A DNA stretch of 64,000 nucleotides from an uncultured bacterium (GCA_937861125.1 CALMAY010000038.1:27942-91941); one strand, 5' to 3'; shown: positions 14,805 through 24,062, numbered from the stretch's first letter. The notes: a model not told the origin generated them from the sequence alone. Translations and numbers: made by a program.

Positions 14805-15884
14805 ATGCGTCGTTATCTTTTCCTTGCTATCATCTGTGCATTACCACTGTTAGGTGCTGGATGTTTATCTGTTGATAAACAGACCAAGACAACTGGTCCA
14901 GCAGGTATGTTTGTTTCTGCAGATAAAGGGGATAACTGGAAGCAGTCTTCCGCAATGCCCACCCTCAAAGGAGTAACGCAACTTGATGGCGTGAGTGTGT
15001 ATCGTATGTTTGAAGATCCAAGTGATCCAAAAGCACTTTACTGGGCATCTCGAGGTGAGGGATTTTTTTATAGTTATGATGACGGTACGACGTGGCAACA
15101 TGCTAAAGCGCCGTTGAATACTGGGATTGTATACAGTATATCAGTTGATCCGGCAGATACGTGTACGGTGTATGTGACAAATGGTAGTAAGCTATACAAA
15201 ACAACAGATTGTAGTCGTAACTGGACTGAAGTATATCGTGAAGATCGTGATATCGCACGCATTGCAACAGTCTATGTGGATAGAATCAAAAATAATCGTG
15301 TATATTTAGGAAAAGCAAATGGAGAATTGCTTGTTTCAAATGATGGTGGTGCGAGTTGGACAATGTTGAAACAATTTACCAAAAAAGCACGTATTACTCA
15401 TCTCGTGGCTGATTCTGTGGATCCAAAAATATTATATCTTGCCACACTCACTGATGGATTGTATCGATCAGTAGATAGTGGGGAGACGTGGACCCATTTG
15501 ATTGACCCAATTAAAAAGTTTTCAAAAGCAACAAATTTTCGTCGATTGGTCGTACATCCAAAACAACAATCAACCCTCTTTTGGGTTTCTGAATATGGAA
15601 TTCTCAAAACAACAAATGGAGGAGATAGTTGGGAAGGGTTGAAATTAGTTACACCTCCTGGGAGTGTTCCAATCTATGCATTTGGTATGAGTGCTCAAAA
15701 TGAAAAAGAGATGTATTATACGACATTTCAAAATGGCCGTACTACATTTTATAAAACCGATGATGGTGGTCAGTCTTGGAGCACGCGCAAGCTTCCAAGT
15801 GGGCAGATACCTACCTTCTTGCGTGTTCATCCAGAAGATGATAGTATCGTCTTTGTTGGGTTTTCAATTCCACCTAAAAAATAA
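14805..15884 (+). CDS. lipoprotein with BNR/Asp-box beta-propeller repeats (Ycf48-like)
   Basis: Lipobox LLGAGC. Seven SxDxGxTW-like boxes, including SADKGDNW, SYDDGTTW, SNDGGASW, SVDSGETW, TTNGGDSW and TDDGGQSW. Confidence 0.65.
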   Translation: MRRYLFLAIICALPLLGAGCLSVDKQTKTTGPAGMFVSADKGDNWKQSSAMPTLKGVTQLDGVSVYRMFEDPSDPKALYWASRGEGFFYSYDDGTTWQHAKAPLNTGIVYSISVDPADTCTVYVTNGSKLYKTTDCSRNWTEVYREDRDIARIATVYVDRIKNNRVYLGKANGELLVSNDGGASWTMLKQFTKKARITHLVADSVDPKILYLATLTDGLYRSVDSGETWTHLIDPIKKFSKATNFRRLVVHPKQQSTLFWVSEYGILKTTNGGDSWEGLKLVTPPGSVPIYAFGMSAQNEKEMYYTTFQNGRTTFYKTDDGGQSWSTRKLPSGQIPTFLRVHPEDDSIVFVGFSIPPKK

Positions 15885-15899
15885 TGAATTATATATTAT

Positions 15900-16451
15900 A
15901 TGAGCATGTTATCCGTATTTAAAGAACAGATGCAGAACGCTATTGATCATTTAAAAAAAGAGGTTGCGACACTTCGTACCGGTCGTGCTACTCCAGCTAT
16001 TGTTGAGGACGTTTCTATCGAAGCGTATGGTATGCGTCAGCCACTGAAAGCACTAGCTTCTATTAGTATTTTGGATGCAAAAACATTGCAGGTAGAGCCA
16101 TGGGACAAATCACAGATGCAGGCGATTGATTCTGGTATTCGTGCTGGTAACCTTGGGTTTAACCCGGTCAATGATGGAAAGGTGATTCGTATTTCACTTC
16201 CAGACCTTACTGCGGATCGTCGTCAGGAGCTTATTAAAGTACTCAATCGCAAACTAGAAGAAGCACGGGTATCAATTCGTCAGGTACGTGAAGATGCACG
16301 TACAGAGATTGGTAATGCGGTAGATGAGAAGTTGTTGTCTGAGGATGAAAAGTTTAAGCATTTTGATGATATCGAAAAAATGACCAAAGAGTTCAATGAA
16401 ATGACACGAGCAATTGGCGAAGAAAAAGAAAAAGAGATTTTGACTGTGTAA
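15900..16451 (+). CDS. frr: ribosome recycling factor
   Basis: LKKEVATLRTGRATPAIVEDVSIEAYG and PDLTADRRQELIK. Confidence 0.9.
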   Translation: MSMLSVFKEQMQNAIDHLKKEVATLRTGRATPAIVEDVSIEAYGMRQPLKALASISILDAKTLQVEPWDKSQMQAIDSGIRAGNLGFNPVNDGKVIRISLPDLTADRRQELIKVLNRKLEEARVSIRQVREDARTEIGNAVDEKLLSEDEKFKHFDDIEKMTKEFNEMTRAIGEEKEKEILTV

Positions 16452-16455
16452 CGAT

Positions 16456-16902
16456 ATGCGTTGTGTACTGCAAAAAGTTACACGCGCACAGGTAACTGTG
16501 AATCAAAAAACCGTTGGCGACATTGCCCACGGTTTTGTTCTTTTGCTTGGTGTGACGCATACTGATACTCACAAAGATGTTGAGTATTTAGCCGAAAAAA
16601 TATTGAAGTTACGACTGTTTGCTGATCTTGGGAGTGATACGTTTATGGAGAAAAATATTATTGAAGTTGGTGGAAGTATTTTGATAGTGTCACAATTTAC
16701 ACTGTATGGTGATTGTTCGAAAGGGACGCGACCGAGCTTTACAGATGCTGCCAAGCCCGATGTGGCAAAACCACTCTATGAACACTTCGTTTCGTACATG
16801 CGAGAAAAGGTGGTTGAGGTACAGACAGGGGAGTTTGGTGCACACATGGATGTATCGCTGACAAATGATGGGCCTATTACTCTGGTATTAGAATCAAAAT
16901 AA
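16456..16902 (+). CDS. dtd: D-aminoacyl-tRNA deacylase
   Basis: MRCVLQKV..A.V, LLLGVTHTD, ILIVSQFTLYGDCSKGTRPSF and NDGPITL. Confidence 0.9.
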   Translation: MRCVLQKVTRAQVTVNQKTVGDIAHGFVLLLGVTHTDTHKDVEYLAEKILKLRLFADLGSDTFMEKNIIEVGGSILIVSQFTLYGDCSKGTRPSFTDAAKPDVAKPLYEHFVSYMREKVVEVQTGEFGAHMDVSLTNDGPITLVLESK

Positions 16903-16931
16903 AAACACCCCATATATATCGGGGTGTTTTT
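16901..16931. terminator. bidirectional terminator
   Basis: AAAAACACCCC-atatatat-CGGGGTGTTTTT. Confidence 0.75.
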
Positions 16932-16932
16932 A

Positions 16933-17319
16933 TTATAGCAAAGGACTTTTCTCGGACTGCCAGTATTCTCGCAGAGATGCAATTTTTTCATCTCTGATTT
17001 CCATAATCGCCACTTCTTTCATGTGGACGCGAACGTGGTCGGTATTGTTGTCAAACCAGGCTTCCCATTCAGCGATGAGTGTATCCTCTATAGTGTAGTA
17101 GGTGAGAAGTTTGAATTCGATGTTGGATTGTTCTGTACATACCTTGCTATTCCAGTAGGCGGCGATTTCACTATGTCCGCGCATTGGTTCTCTGAGAACA
17201 CGTTCATGGTATGTTCCATCTTCTGTAAAGATGCTCAAGATTTTTGGTGTGTCTTGTGTTGTCCATGCTTCGCTGTATGTGTGAAGAAGTGTTTCTGCTT
17301 GTGTTTGTGTGAGTGACAT
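16933..17319 (-). CDS. SnoaL/NTF2-like fold protein
   Basis: Start trimmed to MSLTQTQAETLLHTYSEAWTTQD... The track N-terminal extension overlaps the upstream gene. Confidence 0.5.
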   Translation of the reverse strand: MSLTQTQAETLLHTYSEAWTTQDTPKILSIFTEDGTYHERVLREPMRGHSEIAAYWNSKVCTEQSNIEFKLLTYYTIEDTLIAEWEAWFDNNTDHVRVHMKEVAIMEIRDEKIASLREYWQSEKSPLL

Positions 17320-17326
17320 AGTATGT

Positions 17327-17926
17327 TTAGGTATTTGTAATAAGTGTTGTTGGTATTTGTCCGCTTTGCTCCAAAAGAAAGTTGTGACGTGCTGCAAAAG
17401 CAGCTCGCGCCTCAGGGAGCACAATTTTTTTATCCCAATCTTTCATTGCCTTTTTAACATTACCCTGCATGAGCTCGGTGAAATGTGTGCCTGGATTTTC
17501 GTACCACCAGAGTGAAAAGAATGGTCCGATTAAATGTGCACAGCCATCTGCGGAGGAGATAATTTTTATTTCAATGGGTGTCGCATCGCTCCAGAGATCT
17601 ATTTTTTTATCCATGATATCGACATACTCTATTGCGCGCTGTGCAAATGATTCATCAAAGCCATATTCTAGTAGTTTTTCTTTTCCCTTTGTGAGTGTTG
17701 TTTCGTATTGATTGGCAAAATCAAGAATCTTGCCATAATCATGAAGCCAGACGAGCGTATGCACGAGGTCGCGATCTGCTGTTGGATATTTATCACAGAG
17801 CTCAAGAGCTATCTTTTCAACAATGTTGAGGTGGTAGGTGATAAACCATTCGTGGTGAATGAAGTCTGGATTTTGTGAGGCTTCAATGACGTGGGCTTTG
17901 AATTGCTCAATATGTTGTGATGCCAT
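17327..17926 (-). CDS. HD-domain phosphohydrolase
   Basis: [11 protein letters not shown] (H...HD) motif. Confidence 0.6.
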   Translation of the reverse strand: MASQHIEQFKAHVIEASQNPDFIHHEWFITYHLNIVEKIALELCDKYPTADRDLVHTLVWLHDYGKILDFANQYETTLTKGKEKLLEYGFDESFAQRAIEYVDIMDKKIDLWSDATPIEIKIISSADGCAHLIGPFFSLWWYENPGTHFTELMQGNVKKAMKDWDKKIVLPEARAAFAARHNFLLEQSGQIPTTLITNT

Positions 17927-17935
17927 AGAGTATTG

Positions 17936-18748
17936 TTATAAAAATAAAAGCAAACTTCCGGCCATCAACATCATTCCAGAAATGAGCCCATAAAGAACAA
18001 TGTGGTGTTCACCAAATTCTTCGGCTGCAGGGATAAGTTCGTCGAGTGAAATATATACCATAATTCCTGCAACACCGGCAAAAATAATACCAAACAGACT
18101 TTCACTAAAAATGTTGCGGAGCAAAAAGAATCCAATAGCCGCGCCAACTGGTTCAGAGAGTCCAGACAAAAAAGACCAAGTAAATGCTTGTACTCGGCTT
18201 TTGGTCGCATAGTATATTGGGATAGCGACAGCAATTCCTTCTGGAATATTGTGAATCGCAATAGCGACGGCAATACTGATACCAAGAAATGGATCGGCAA
18301 TAGCTGCCATAAATGTTGCAAGACCTTCTGGAAAATTGTGAATACCAATAGCAATCGCAGAAAACATGCCCATTCGGTAGAGGTGGTGTGTTTTTGGTTT
18401 TGTGGGATGAGTACCAAGTTCGGTAATCGTATTGAGCTCATCAGGGGTATCTGAGATAGGAACGAGTTTATCAATCAATGCTGCAAGTGCAATCCCACCA
18501 AAAAAAGCAAGAGTTGTGTACAGGTATCCAAGTGCATCGCCATGTACTTCGACGAGAGATATACGTGCTTTTTGAAATATTTCAATAAATGAAACATACA
18601 ACATGACCCCAGCAGAGAAACCAAGTGAAAGGGCGAGAAAGCGATGGCTAAATTGTTTTGAGTATATCGCAATAAGACTTCCGATACCCGTAGAGAGACC
18701 AGCAAGTGCTGTAAGTCCAAAGGCAGTAAGAACGGCATGTGTATCCAT
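17936..18748 (-). CDS. zupT: ZIP-family zinc transporter ZupT
   Basis: GIHNFPEGLA and AIAIHNIPEGIAV paired motifs; eight hydrophobic segments. Confidence 0.85.
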   Translation of the reverse strand: MDTHAVLTAFGLTALAGLSTGIGSLIAIYSKQFSHRFLALSLGFSAGVMLYVSFIEIFQKARISLVEVHGDALGYLYTTLAFFGGIALAALIDKLVPISDTPDELNTITELGTHPTKPKTHHLYRMGMFSAIAIGIHNFPEGLATFMAAIADPFLGISIAVAIAIHNIPEGIAVAIPIYYATKSRVQAFTWSFLSGLSEPVGAAIGFFLLRNIFSESLFGIIFAGVAGIMVYISLDELIPAAEEFGEHHIVLYGLISGMMLMAGSLLLFL

Positions 18749-18757
18749 AGTATGTCT

Positions 18758-18786
18758 ATACTACCTGTATGCGAGGAGAAAATCAA
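18758..18786 (-). promoter_or_regulatory. promoter TTGATT-N17-TAGTAT for zupT (near-leaderless)
   Basis: Minus-strand -35 at 18786-18781 and -10 at 18763-18758. The ATG begins at 18748, 9 nt after the -10. Confidence 0.5.
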
Positions 18787-18795
18787 GCCTCTATC

Positions 18796-18824
18796 TTGAC
18801 TTTTTTCGCTACATTGAGTACTAT
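18796..18824 (+). promoter_or_regulatory. promoter TTGACT-N17-TACTAT for the glyQS leader
   Basis: -35 at 18796-18801, 17-nt spacer, -10 at 18819-18824. Confidence 0.6.
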
Positions 18825-18829
18825 GAATG

Positions 18830-18975
18830 TATTCATGATGACGCAGGGTGGCACCTGCCGAGTGAATAGATGTTTCAAGAGTGTCTCGATCTGTATCGAG
18901 AAACTCGGGTGGAACCTCCCTTCGACGCACTTTGTTTGCTCAGGGACCCGAGACAGTTTGTAGCTGTCTTTTTTT
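18830..18975 (+). promoter_or_regulatory. candidate glycine T-box leader with a hairpin-only (ultrashort) Stem I
   Basis: K-turn-like base: UAUUCAU-GAU-GA...GA-GUGAAUA. Helix GCAGG/CCUGC closes loop GUGGCA (GGC+A, 18850-18853). Stem UCUCGAU-cugu-AUCGAGA (18884-18901). CUCGGG-[UGGAACC]-UCCCU...AGGGA-CCCGAG (18904-18952). Hairpin AGACAG-uuuguag-CUGUCU plus U6 (18951-18975). Confidence 0.55.
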
Positions 18976-19005
18976 ATTTGTTTTCTTACGTTATACTTAG
19001 TGTAT

Positions 19006-20403
19006 ATGACAAACACAACACTCGACACAATTGTGTCACTGGCGAAGCGTCGTGGGTTTATCTTTCCGGGGAGTGAGATCTATGGTGGTCTGGCCAACTC
19101 TTGGGATTACGGTCCACTTGGAGTTGAACTCAAAAACAATATCAAAAAACTTTGGTGGCAGACCTTTGTGCGTGAGCGCATGGATATGGTCGGACTTGAT
19201 GCTGCGATCCTCATGAATCCTCGTGTGTGGGAAGCGTCTGGACATGTGGGGTCATTTACTGATCCGTTGGTTGATTGTAAAGAATGCAAACAGCGTTTTC
19301 GTGGTGATAAATTACTCGAAGAAAAATTGTTTGTTGAAGAGGTGGCTGGAATCAAACTCGAGGATGTAAGTCCACGTCTGATGAGCGAATCCGTACCGTG
19401 TCCAGCGTGTGGCAAAGTAAACTGGACCGAAGCAAAACGATTCAACCTCATGTTCAAAACAAAGCAAGGTGTTATTGACGGTGAGGGTGCTGATATCTAT
19501 CTGCGTCCTGAGACTGCACAGGGTATTTTTGTGAATTTCAAAAATGTCTCTCAAACACAGCGTCTGAAATTGCCATTTGGAATCGCACAGATCGGAAAAG
19601 CATTTCGCAATGAAATTACTCCAGGAAACTTTACGTTCCGTACTCGCGAATTTGAACAAATGGAAATTGAGTATTTCTTTGATCCAGAAAACACTGATTG
19701 GAAAGTGGTATATGAAAATTGGAAAAATGATACCTGGCAATTTTTGACCAAGACACTTGGGATTCGTGAAGAAAATCTTCGCTTCCGTGATCACGATCCA
19801 GATGAGTTGTCGCATTATTCTAAAGGTACAGTAGATGTGGAGTACAAATTCCCATGGGGTTGGGGAGAGCTCTGTGCTGCGGCAGCGTATCGCACTGATT
19901 TTGATCTCAAACAGCACATGGAATTTAGTGGTGAGGATTTGCGCTATACTGATCCACAGGATCCTCAGCGTAAATTTATTCCACATGTCATGGAGCCATC
20001 ATTTGGGTGTGATCGTGTGGCGCTTGCAGTACTCCTTGATTCATATCAGGAGGAAGCGGCTCAGGATGAAGATGGAGAAGTGCGTGTGATGCTTGGTCTC
20101 GCGAAACGTGTTGCGCCATATCAAATTGCAGTATTACCTCTTTCAAAAAAAGATGAACTCTCAGGAGTATCTCGTGAGATTGTGCAGACACTGGCAAAGC
20201 AGTTTGCAGTCACATACGATGAAACACAGTCAATCGGAAAACGCTATCGCCGTCAGGATGAGATTGGTACACCGTTTTGTGTGACGATAGATTTTGACAC
20301 ACTCAATGACAATGCTGTAACAGTGCGTGAACGTGATAGTATGAAACAGGAACGTATTGCGATTGCAGAGTTGGTTTCTTATTTACAAAAACAGATCGTA
20401 TAG
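19006..20403 (+). CDS. glyQS: glycine--tRNA ligase (dimeric GlyQS type)
   Basis: [56 protein letters not shown] and a C-terminal anticodon-binding pattern. ATG 19006 preferred over GTG 19000. Confidence 0.9.
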   Translation: MTNTTLDTIVSLAKRRGFIFPGSEIYGGLANSWDYGPLGVELKNNIKKLWWQTFVRERMDMVGLDAAILMNPRVWEASGHVGSFTDPLVDCKECKQRFRGDKLLEEKLFVEEVAGIKLEDVSPRLMSESVPCPACGKVNWTEAKRFNLMFKTKQGVIDGEGADIYLRPETAQGIFVNFKNVSQTQRLKLPFGIAQIGKAFRNEITPGNFTFRTREFEQMEIEYFFDPENTDWKVVYENWKNDTWQFLTKTLGIREENLRFRDHDPDELSHYSKGTVDVEYKFPWGWGELCAAAAYRTDFDLKQHMEFSGEDLRYTDPQDPQRKFIPHVMEPSFGCDRVALAVLLDSYQEEAAQDEDGEVRVMLGLAKRVAPYQIAVLPLSKKDELSGVSREIVQTLAKQFAVTYDETQSIGKRYRRQDEIGTPFCVTIDFDTLNDNAVTVRERDSMKQERIAIAELVSYLQKQIV

Positions 20404-20412
20404 TTTGCCGTG

Positions 20413-20436
20413 TAAGCCTCCTAAGCATTTTAAGCC
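20413..20436. repeat. second copy of the TAAGCCTCCTRAGCATTTTAA motif
   Basis: taagcctcctaagcattttaagcc lies in the 52-bp gap between glyQS and the M16 peptidase. Confidence 0.5.
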
Positions 20437-20455
20437 TCTTTAGCTTTCAATACAT

Positions 20456-21715
20456 ATGTTCACTCAGTACACTCTCCCAAACAAAACTCGCGTCATCCTC
20501 ATCCCACAAGAGGGGACAATGTCTTTGACAACACAAGTCATGTTTCCAGTCGGTTCACGTTTTGAAACGGAAAAAATGTCTGGTGTTTCTCACTATATTG
20601 AACACCTCATGTTCAAAGGAACTGAGAAACGAAAAAATACGTTGACACTTACTCGCGAGATTGATCGTCTGGGTGCTGAGTACAATGCATTTACTGGCAA
20701 AGAATATACAGGATATTACATCAAAGCAGATACGTCACATGCACGTACTGCGATTGATATTCTTTCAGACATGTTGTTTCACTCCAAATTTGATCCAAAA
20801 GAAATGGAACGTGAAAAAACAGTGATATGCGAAGAGATCAAGATGTATCGTGACAATCCACTGATGAGTATCGACAATGTGTTTGAGGAAGTCATGTTTG
20901 CTGGCTGTCCAATGGGGCGAGATATTGCAGGGACAGAAAAACATGTGATGAGTTTTGATCGAAATGATGTGCTGGCATATAAAGAAAAATATTACCAGCC
21001 AGATAATATGGTGATTGTCTTGGCAGGAAATATTGATGAAAAAGTTCGTGGTTGGGTAGAACAGTATTTTGGTAATGTGACGTCAACAGGAAAAACGTCT
21101 CATGCTAAAAAAGAAGCAGTGTTTGGAGCAACAGCAAAATCAGACCGAATCAAAGTAGTACAAAAACAGGTAGATCAAACACAGCTCATGCTTGGCTTCC
21201 CAGCATTTAATTACAACGATGATCGTAATCCTGCAGCAGCAGTTTTGCATACTATTTTGGGTGGGTCGATGTGCTCTCGTCTCTTTATCCAAGTTCGTGA
21301 ACGTCGTGGCTTGGCCTATATGGTACGTTCTCGTCGTGAAACCTATAGTGATATTGGCTACAGTTATGTGCGTGCAGGACTTGATCCAAAGAATCTCAAC
21401 AAAGCAATTGCAGTCATCCAAGACGAAATCCAAAAAATCATTGATAAAGGTGTGACACCACAAGAGCTCCGTGATGCCAAGTCACATTCTCGTGGTGCAC
21501 TTGCACTTGCACTTGAGGATTCTAGTTTCCGTGCTAATTGGTTTGCACAGGAAAGTCTCTTTGCAAACAAGATTGAGACGCCACAAGAGGTATCCGCAAA
21601 AATGGATGAAGTCAGTAATGAAGATATCAAAAAAGTAGCCAAGACAATTTTTAAGATGAATCAAATGCGAGTCGCAGTAATTGGGCCAACAGACGAGAAA
21701 GATATTGTATTTTAG
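20456..21715 (+). CDS. M16 (pitrilysin/insulinase) family zinc peptidase
   Basis: HYIEHLMFKGT (HxxEH) with a downstream E. Confidence 0.8.
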   Translation: MFTQYTLPNKTRVILIPQEGTMSLTTQVMFPVGSRFETEKMSGVSHYIEHLMFKGTEKRKNTLTLTREIDRLGAEYNAFTGKEYTGYYIKADTSHARTAIDILSDMLFHSKFDPKEMEREKTVICEEIKMYRDNPLMSIDNVFEEVMFAGCPMGRDIAGTEKHVMSFDRNDVLAYKEKYYQPDNMVIVLAGNIDEKVRGWVEQYFGNVTSTGKTSHAKKEAVFGATAKSDRIKVVQKQVDQTQLMLGFPAFNYNDDRNPAAAVLHTILGGSMCSRLFIQVRERRGLAYMVRSRRETYSDIGYSYVRAGLDPKNLNKAIAVIQDEIQKIIDKGVTPQELRDAKSHSRGALALALEDSSFRANWFAQESLFANKIETPQEVSAKMDEVSNEDIKKVAKTIFKMNQMRVAVIGPTDEKDIVF

Positions 21716-21731
21716 ACTATACATTATTTGT

Positions 21732-22487
21732 ATGAAATATATCTTTGGAAACTGGAAGCTCTATCTCACCGATGAACAATCAGGTGTATTAGCACAGTCA
21801 TTATCAGCACTAACATTCGATACAGAACAATTGCGTGTTGCTGTTTTTCCATCTACTCTTTCTTTTTCTCGTGTCGCTGGTATGTTGAGTGAGGGTGAGA
21901 TTGCTGTGGGTGTGCAAAACGTCGGCTACACACCATTGGGTGCATACACTGGTGAAGTATCTGCACATGTGTTTGCACAGGCGGGTGCCACCTATGCTTT
22001 GGTTGGACACTCAGAACGTCGTCATATCTTTGGTGAAGATACTGAGGCGACAGTCAAAAAGATGCAGGCATGTCTGGATGAGGGAATTACACCTGTACTA
22101 TGTATCGGTGAGACCAAAGAGGATGTAGAAGAAAACAAGATCGAGTATCGTCTGCGCCGTCAGCTGATTCCAGTGTTGGAAGGTGTGAATGGGATCAAAG
22201 AAAAGAACTGGTTGATAGCATACGAGCCAGTCTGGGCGATCTCAACTGGTGGAAATGGAACACCTTGCCCAGCAGTAGACGCATTGGAGCGTCATAATGC
22301 AATTCGTGCAATCTGCACTGAGTTTGGAGTTGACAACGTACCGGTACTCTATGGTGGGAGTGTCAGTGTGGATAATGTAGAGGAGTATGTGACTACACCT
22401 GGTATCGATGGGGTACTTGTTGGTCATGCGAGTGTTGATAGTGCTACATTTACTTCGTTGGTTGAAAAAGTTGGGCAGTTGGTGTAA
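21732..22487 (+). CDS. tpiA: triosephosphate isomerase
   Basis: Start trimmed to MKYIFGNWKLY. Also VGHSERR, IAYEPVWAISTG and YGGSV. Confidence 0.9.
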   Translation: MKYIFGNWKLYLTDEQSGVLAQSLSALTFDTEQLRVAVFPSTLSFSRVAGMLSEGEIAVGVQNVGYTPLGAYTGEVSAHVFAQAGATYALVGHSERRHIFGEDTEATVKKMQACLDEGITPVLCIGETKEDVEENKIEYRLRRQLIPVLEGVNGIKEKNWLIAYEPVWAISTGGNGTPCPAVDALERHNAIRAICTEFGVDNVPVLYGGSVSVDNVEEYVTTPGIDGVLVGHASVDSATFTSLVEKVGQLV

Positions 22488-22499
22488 GATATAAGTCTT

Positions 22500-23390
22500 A
22501 TGAGTTTTATTGGACCTGTCATTTTATTTCTTGTTTCGGCCAGTTTGGTTGGTTTTGTCTTGTCCAAAAAATGGCGTCAGGTGTCATTGCTTAATGTTGA
22601 TTCGATTCCAGAAGTCAAAGAACAGCGCAAGAAAGAGGAAATCTTGGCCAAGCGTATTGAATTACAGGCGCAGTCTCTTCAGGAGAGAATCAAAAAACAA
22701 TTGATACCAGTTGTTGAATCATATCAACAATTTCGTGTGGCAATGCGTAGTTATATCTCTCGCATTGAGAAAGATATGGTTCGTTCAAAGCGAAAAGCTG
22801 CTAAAGCTGCAGCTGCTGCAGTAGATCCTACTGAACTTGCACAGGTTCTTGAGGGTGCACATCGCTTTGCTTCTGCAAAAGAGTGGCAAAAAGCAGAAGA
22901 GGCATATATTGCAATCTTGCGTACATCACCAAAAAATATAGAAGCCTATCGTGGTTTGGCCAAGGTGTACTATGAGCAGGATCAGCTCAAAGAGGCCAAA
23001 GAGACATATCAGTTCGTGCTGCATCTGGAACCGCAAGATGATGGCACTTATGTTATGTTGGGAGACATTGCTATGGAAGAGAAAAAATACGAAGAGGCAG
23101 TAGAAGCATATCAGCAGGCTGTTTTGATCAATCCACAACTTTCTCCTCGTTTTTTCAAGCTTTCTGAAGCGTTTCTTGCGTTAGCTCAGCCACAGACAGC
23201 TCTTGAGGCGATAAAGCAGGCTGTGTCGCTTGAGCCACAAAATCCAAAGTATCTTGACAGTTTGGTAGAAACTGCTATACTATGCCGCGAAGCCGATGTT
23301 GCTACTGAGGCACTGCAACAGCTTCGAATGGTCAACCCAGAAAATCAAAAGTTAGTTCTTTTTAAAGAAAAAATTTCAGCATTAGTATAG
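22500..23390 (+). CDS. membrane-anchored TPR-repeat protein
   Basis: N-terminal TM helix. Repeated A..Y..A....P 34-aa units, for example AYRGLAKVYYEQDQLKEAKETYQFVLHLEPQD. Confidence 0.7.
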   Translation: MSFIGPVILFLVSASLVGFVLSKKWRQVSLLNVDSIPEVKEQRKKEEILAKRIELQAQSLQERIKKQLIPVVESYQQFRVAMRSYISRIEKDMVRSKRKAAKAAAAAVDPTELAQVLEGAHRFASAKEWQKAEEAYIAILRTSPKNIEAYRGLAKVYYEQDQLKEAKETYQFVLHLEPQDDGTYVMLGDIAMEEKKYEEAVEAYQQAVLINPQLSPRFFKLSEAFLALAQPQTALEAIKQAVSLEPQNPKYLDSLVETAILCREADVATEALQQLRMVNPENQKLVLFKEKISALV

Positions 23391-23397
23391 TTTTAAT

Positions 23398-23473
23398 GCC
23401 ATCTTAGCTCAGCTGGTAGAGCAACGGTTTTGTAAACCGTGGGTCGCGAGTTCGATTCTCGCAGATGGCTCCA
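23398..23473 (+). tRNA. tRNA-Thr (anticodon UGU), CCA encoded
   Basis: Acceptor GCCATCT/AGATGGC, anticodon arm ACGGT-TTTGTAA-ACCGT, T arm GCGAG-TTCGATT-CTCGC. Confidence 0.9.
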
Positions 23474-23482
23474 AAGTAAATA

Positions 23483-23565
23483 GGGTCGGTTCTAGAGCGG
23501 TCAAATAGGGCAGACTGTAAATCTGCTGGCGTACGCCTTCGCAGGTTCGAATCCTGCCCGGCCCA
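23483..23565 (+). tRNA. tRNA-Tyr (anticodon GUA), long variable arm, no encoded CCA
   Basis: Acceptor GGGTCGG/CCGGCCC, anticodon arm GCAGA-CTGTAAA-TCTGC, variable arm TGGCGTACGCCTTC, T arm GCAGG-TTCGAAT-CCTGC. Confidence 0.85.
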
Positions 23566-23570
23566 CAAAT

Positions 23571-23603
23571 AAACAACCTTTCATAAGGTTGTTTTGTTTT
23601 TTT
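23571..23603 (+). terminator. terminator after the tRNA pair
   Basis: AAACAACCTT-tcat-AAGGTTGTTT plus a T-rich tail. Confidence 0.75.
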
Positions 23604-23673
23604 ATCTTGTATCTTTTTTTGTTTTGTTCTACACTATAGGGGTGAGGGGATATTATTCATAATATGTGTCTAT

Positions 23674-24015
23674 ATGTGCAAAACAATGTGTAAAGGGAAA
23701 TCATGTATGCTCGCCTGCGCAGCTCAATGGCTGGTGCTTGTAGGAGCGATCAACTGGGGACTTATAGGAGTTGGTTATTTTGTAGGAGGTAGTGATTGGA
23801 ATGTGGTACGTATGATTTTTGGAAGTATTGAGTGGCTTGAGGCATTGGTATATATTGTTGTTGGTGCAAGTGCTGTGGTGGCTATCGTTGGCTGTAAATG
23901 TGGCATGTGCAAAGGCGGCGCATGTGCAGGTAGTGCGTGCTGTAAATCAGCAGAAGGTGAAAAAGAAGAAGAAGGCTGTTGTGGTGGCTCATGTGGCTGT
24001 GAAGAAAAAAAATAA
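23674..24015 (+). CDS. DUF378-like small membrane protein with Cys-rich N- and C-terminal tails
   Basis: Core LVLVGAINWGLIGVGYF...ALVYIVVGASAVVAIVG resembles DUF378. Tails are MCKTMCKGKSCMLAC and CKCGMCKGGACAGSACCKSAEGEKEEEGCCGGSCGCEEKK. Exact start uncertain (ATG at 23674, 23686 or 23707). Confidence 0.55.
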   Translation: MCKTMCKGKSCMLACAAQWLVLVGAINWGLIGVGYFVGGSDWNVVRMIFGSIEWLEALVYIVVGASAVVAIVGCKCGMCKGGACAGSACCKSAEGEKEEEGCCGGSCGCEEKK

Positions 24016-24030
24016 GAGATATTTTAAAGT

Positions 24031-24061
24031 AAAAAACTCGCACAGCTAGTGCGAGTTTTTT
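24031..24061. terminator. bidirectional terminator
   Basis: AAAAACTCGCAC-agcta-GTGCGAGTTTTT. Confidence 0.75.
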
Positions 24062-24062
24062 A

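Noticed and set aside
18475-18930. 151-aa minus-strand ORF overlapping the zupT 5' end and the glyQS leader
   Set aside because: It is in an alternative frame over the well-supported ZupT N-terminus and continues through two promoters. Its composition is not protein-like.
18830-18975. The structured RNA read as SRP RNA, 6S RNA or a glycine riboswitch
   Set aside because: I found no SRP domain-IV motif and no tandem glycine-aptamer core. The features fit the T-box layout better, and the downstream gene is an aminoacyl-tRNA synthetase.
19312-19986. 224-aa minus-strand ORF inside glyQS
   Set aside because: It is antisense to a highly conserved GlyRS frame, and its sequence is low-complexity and not protein-like.
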